Shown one piece after another: positions 48,750 through 50,764 of a DNA stretch of 50,764 nt. Source of the stretch: Girardia tigrina. Its lineage: Eukaryota. The notes beneath the pieces are model-generated. The model made no database searches. It was not told the origin of the DNA and saw only the letters and a program-made list of their open reading frames with translations. Numbering within the stretch: position 1 is the stretch's first letter; the number at the start of each line of letters is the position of its first letter. Where the stretch lies: the NCBI GenBank assembly GCA_001938485.1, contig MQRK01249923.1, positions 15,216-65,979 on the forward strand, written 5' to 3'. Made by a program: the position numbers and the translations under genes.

Positions 48750-50393
48750 TGTAAGTGGGCCTCCCATCTCTGTAATGGTATTGAGCCTAAGGCTCTTTAG
48801 AGAGTCCACCCAAACTAAAGTCCTTAAGGGCCCCCCCGATAGGCCTCCTACGGGGTCAGTGGCCTTCCGCCTCTGAGTAGTCGGCTTTCCAGTAACGAAT
48901 GACCAACCATAGAACTTGGTACCATGGCCGTACATGCCGTTGGCTGTTACGGTGGACGCGTAACAACCGCGAAATGGGCAATTGAATTGTCCTCTTGCAG
49001 TCTTGTAATCGGCTGGCAGTCGGTATTGTAGGTGCGTCTCTTCGGCATCGTCGTTCGGCTGTATCCTCGGCATACTCACAGTTGCGTCCGGCAACTGAGG
49101 ATTGGATTGGTTTGATGTAGGTTCTTCCTCGTTCTCTTCTTCCAAGTTTTCTTCTCTCTGGGCGTTGGATGTTGGCACTTCTTGATGATTCTTCTGAATA
49201 TGAATCCTTAGGAAACCAGCGATCTTGTATTCCGTCGGACAGTGTTGACATTGATATTTTCCTTTCTTCTGACGTGGCTGTGCTTTCTTCTCTCTTCTTC
49301 CGCGGGATTGGCTCTGCTCCTTCGTGATCTCTTCTGAGATGCCTGTTTAACTCCTTCACTTCCGCATATTGTTTGTAACAGGCATCCATCGGGCAGCTGT
49401 GTTTTTTCAGATGAAGTAGCACCAGTCTTAATATTTGCTCGTCCCCGCTTCTTTGGATTCTCTTCAGTCGGAATACTTTCTCGATCTTCCCATCCATCTT
49501 CAGTAAGTTTTCCTGCAGAACGTCTCTTGTAAATTCACCAAAACTGTACTCGGCTCCAAAGAGCCAGTGAGCATCCACTCTGAGGCATTCTACCAGATGT
49601 TGCTTTCTCCGACCGCTGATCTTCTTTCCTCCGATGAGTTCGCATCCACTGATCTGCTTGATGTTCTCCGGGCATTCTCCTAAATCGATCTTGGTATTGT
49701 GTACGATTCTTCTCCACGCGATGATATCCATTGGGCTTTGCAGTCCAATTGATATATCATCCATCCTGATCTTTTCGGCTTTCGAAATCCCCAAAGTTAG
49801 CGGAGTACATAGATTGTGAAATGCTTTTAGCTTTTTCATATGTACTTCATTTGTCCTCCAATTTTCACAGCTGCAGTAAACCACCGAGAAAACATAGTTG
49901 CTAATTATGTTCTTCTTATTCCGGAAAGACAATTTGTTGTTCTTCAACACTGGTCTGATCGTCCATAATTTCGCTGCTCCTTTCTGAATTCTGGCTTTGA
50001 TGTTCGTACCTGAGCTTCCTCCACTTTCAATTATCGATCCCAGGTAGCAGAATTCGTTCACCCATTCTATTCCGGCATTCAGCTCGTCTCTTGCCGTAAT
50101 GTACTTTGCTCCATTGAGATTCAGGATCTTTGTTTTCCCAATCTTGATTTGAGCCCCATATTCAAGAACACAGTGTTGAGACATGTGAGATTCCGTTCGA
50201 TATTTCCATAGTCTTCGTCCAGTAAGCACAGGTCGTCTACATAAGCAAGTCTATTCACGGTCAGCTCTTCCCCATTGTATTTTAGTTTCAAACCACCTGA
50301 TAGTCCTTCTTTGATCGCGGTCTTAATTGCATGATCAAAGACAAGGTTGAATAGTAGAGGACTCAATACGCAACCCTGACGGACTCCTGACGG
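48750..50393 (-). mobile_element. 5'-truncated RTE-like non-LTR retrotransposon (RT C-terminal half plus C2H2 zinc fingers), frameshifted
   Basis: SGVRQGCVLSPLLFNL, LAYVDDLCLL, KTKIL, EFCYLGSII, ARIQKG, YCSCENW, KLKAFHNLC; CPMDAC..ELNRHLRRDH and CPFRGC..GMYGH fingers. Confidence 0.92.
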
Positions 50394-50639
50394 AAATTAA
50401 AAGTTAATATTAAAAAATTTCCCACTCATTGTTTTTTTAGATTTGAATACATAAACCAAAACTATATCAATCAAAGAAAGATGCTTACTGACAATTGTTG
50501 TGAAGAATCTGTTTGTGTTGTTCATAAATGTTTACATCCAAATTGTGATGTTGTTAATATGGTTTACTTATTTTCTTTTTCAAATTTAAACAATTCATAA
50601 AATTAAATACATTATTATATATTTTAGAATATTCCCTCA

Positions 50640-50672
<33 letters not shown>

Positions 50673-50764
50673 CAGTCGCGAGCAAAAGTAATGGGCCACC
50701 TATAATAATTTTGTAAATCTATTATTTTCCATATGAAAATTAGGTTATAATGAGTTAAAACTAA
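50673..50764. mobile_element. Tc1-like terminal inverted repeat running off the window
   Basis: (TA)n|CAGTCGCGAGCAAAAGTAATGGGCCAC. Confidence 0.65.

Overview
Very AT-rich, gap-containing eukaryotic scaffold (animal-like, fast-evolving lineage; organism not identifiable from sequence alone). One host gene is well supported: a divergent PP2A B56 (B'/PPP2R5-family) regulatory subunit on the + strand. It has 9 predicted exons from 17123 to 48424 (about 543 aa), with three tiny introns (43-50 nt) and five TE-filled introns of 2.6-14 kb. Almost everything else is transposon material: several mariners, Tc1/maT-like relics, Tigger/pogo, two hATs and one MULE with intact TSDs, a piggyBac MITE with a nested young mariner, a gypsy pol fragment with a short LTR, an RTE-like LINE with C-terminal zinc fingers, and Helitron/Helentron non-autonomous elements. 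The most interesting unexplained signals are: a Penelope-type minimal hammerhead ribozyme (27778-27818, - strand); an unrecognised, decayed multi-copy protein family (SSEKAD...EEYFE...PDG) present 3-4 times; B56 splice donors that all lack +5G; a Helitron/Helentron hybrid end structure; and an RFX/Myb-motif minisatellite. All alignments were made by eye, and no clearly novel multi-gene system can be demonstrated from this window.
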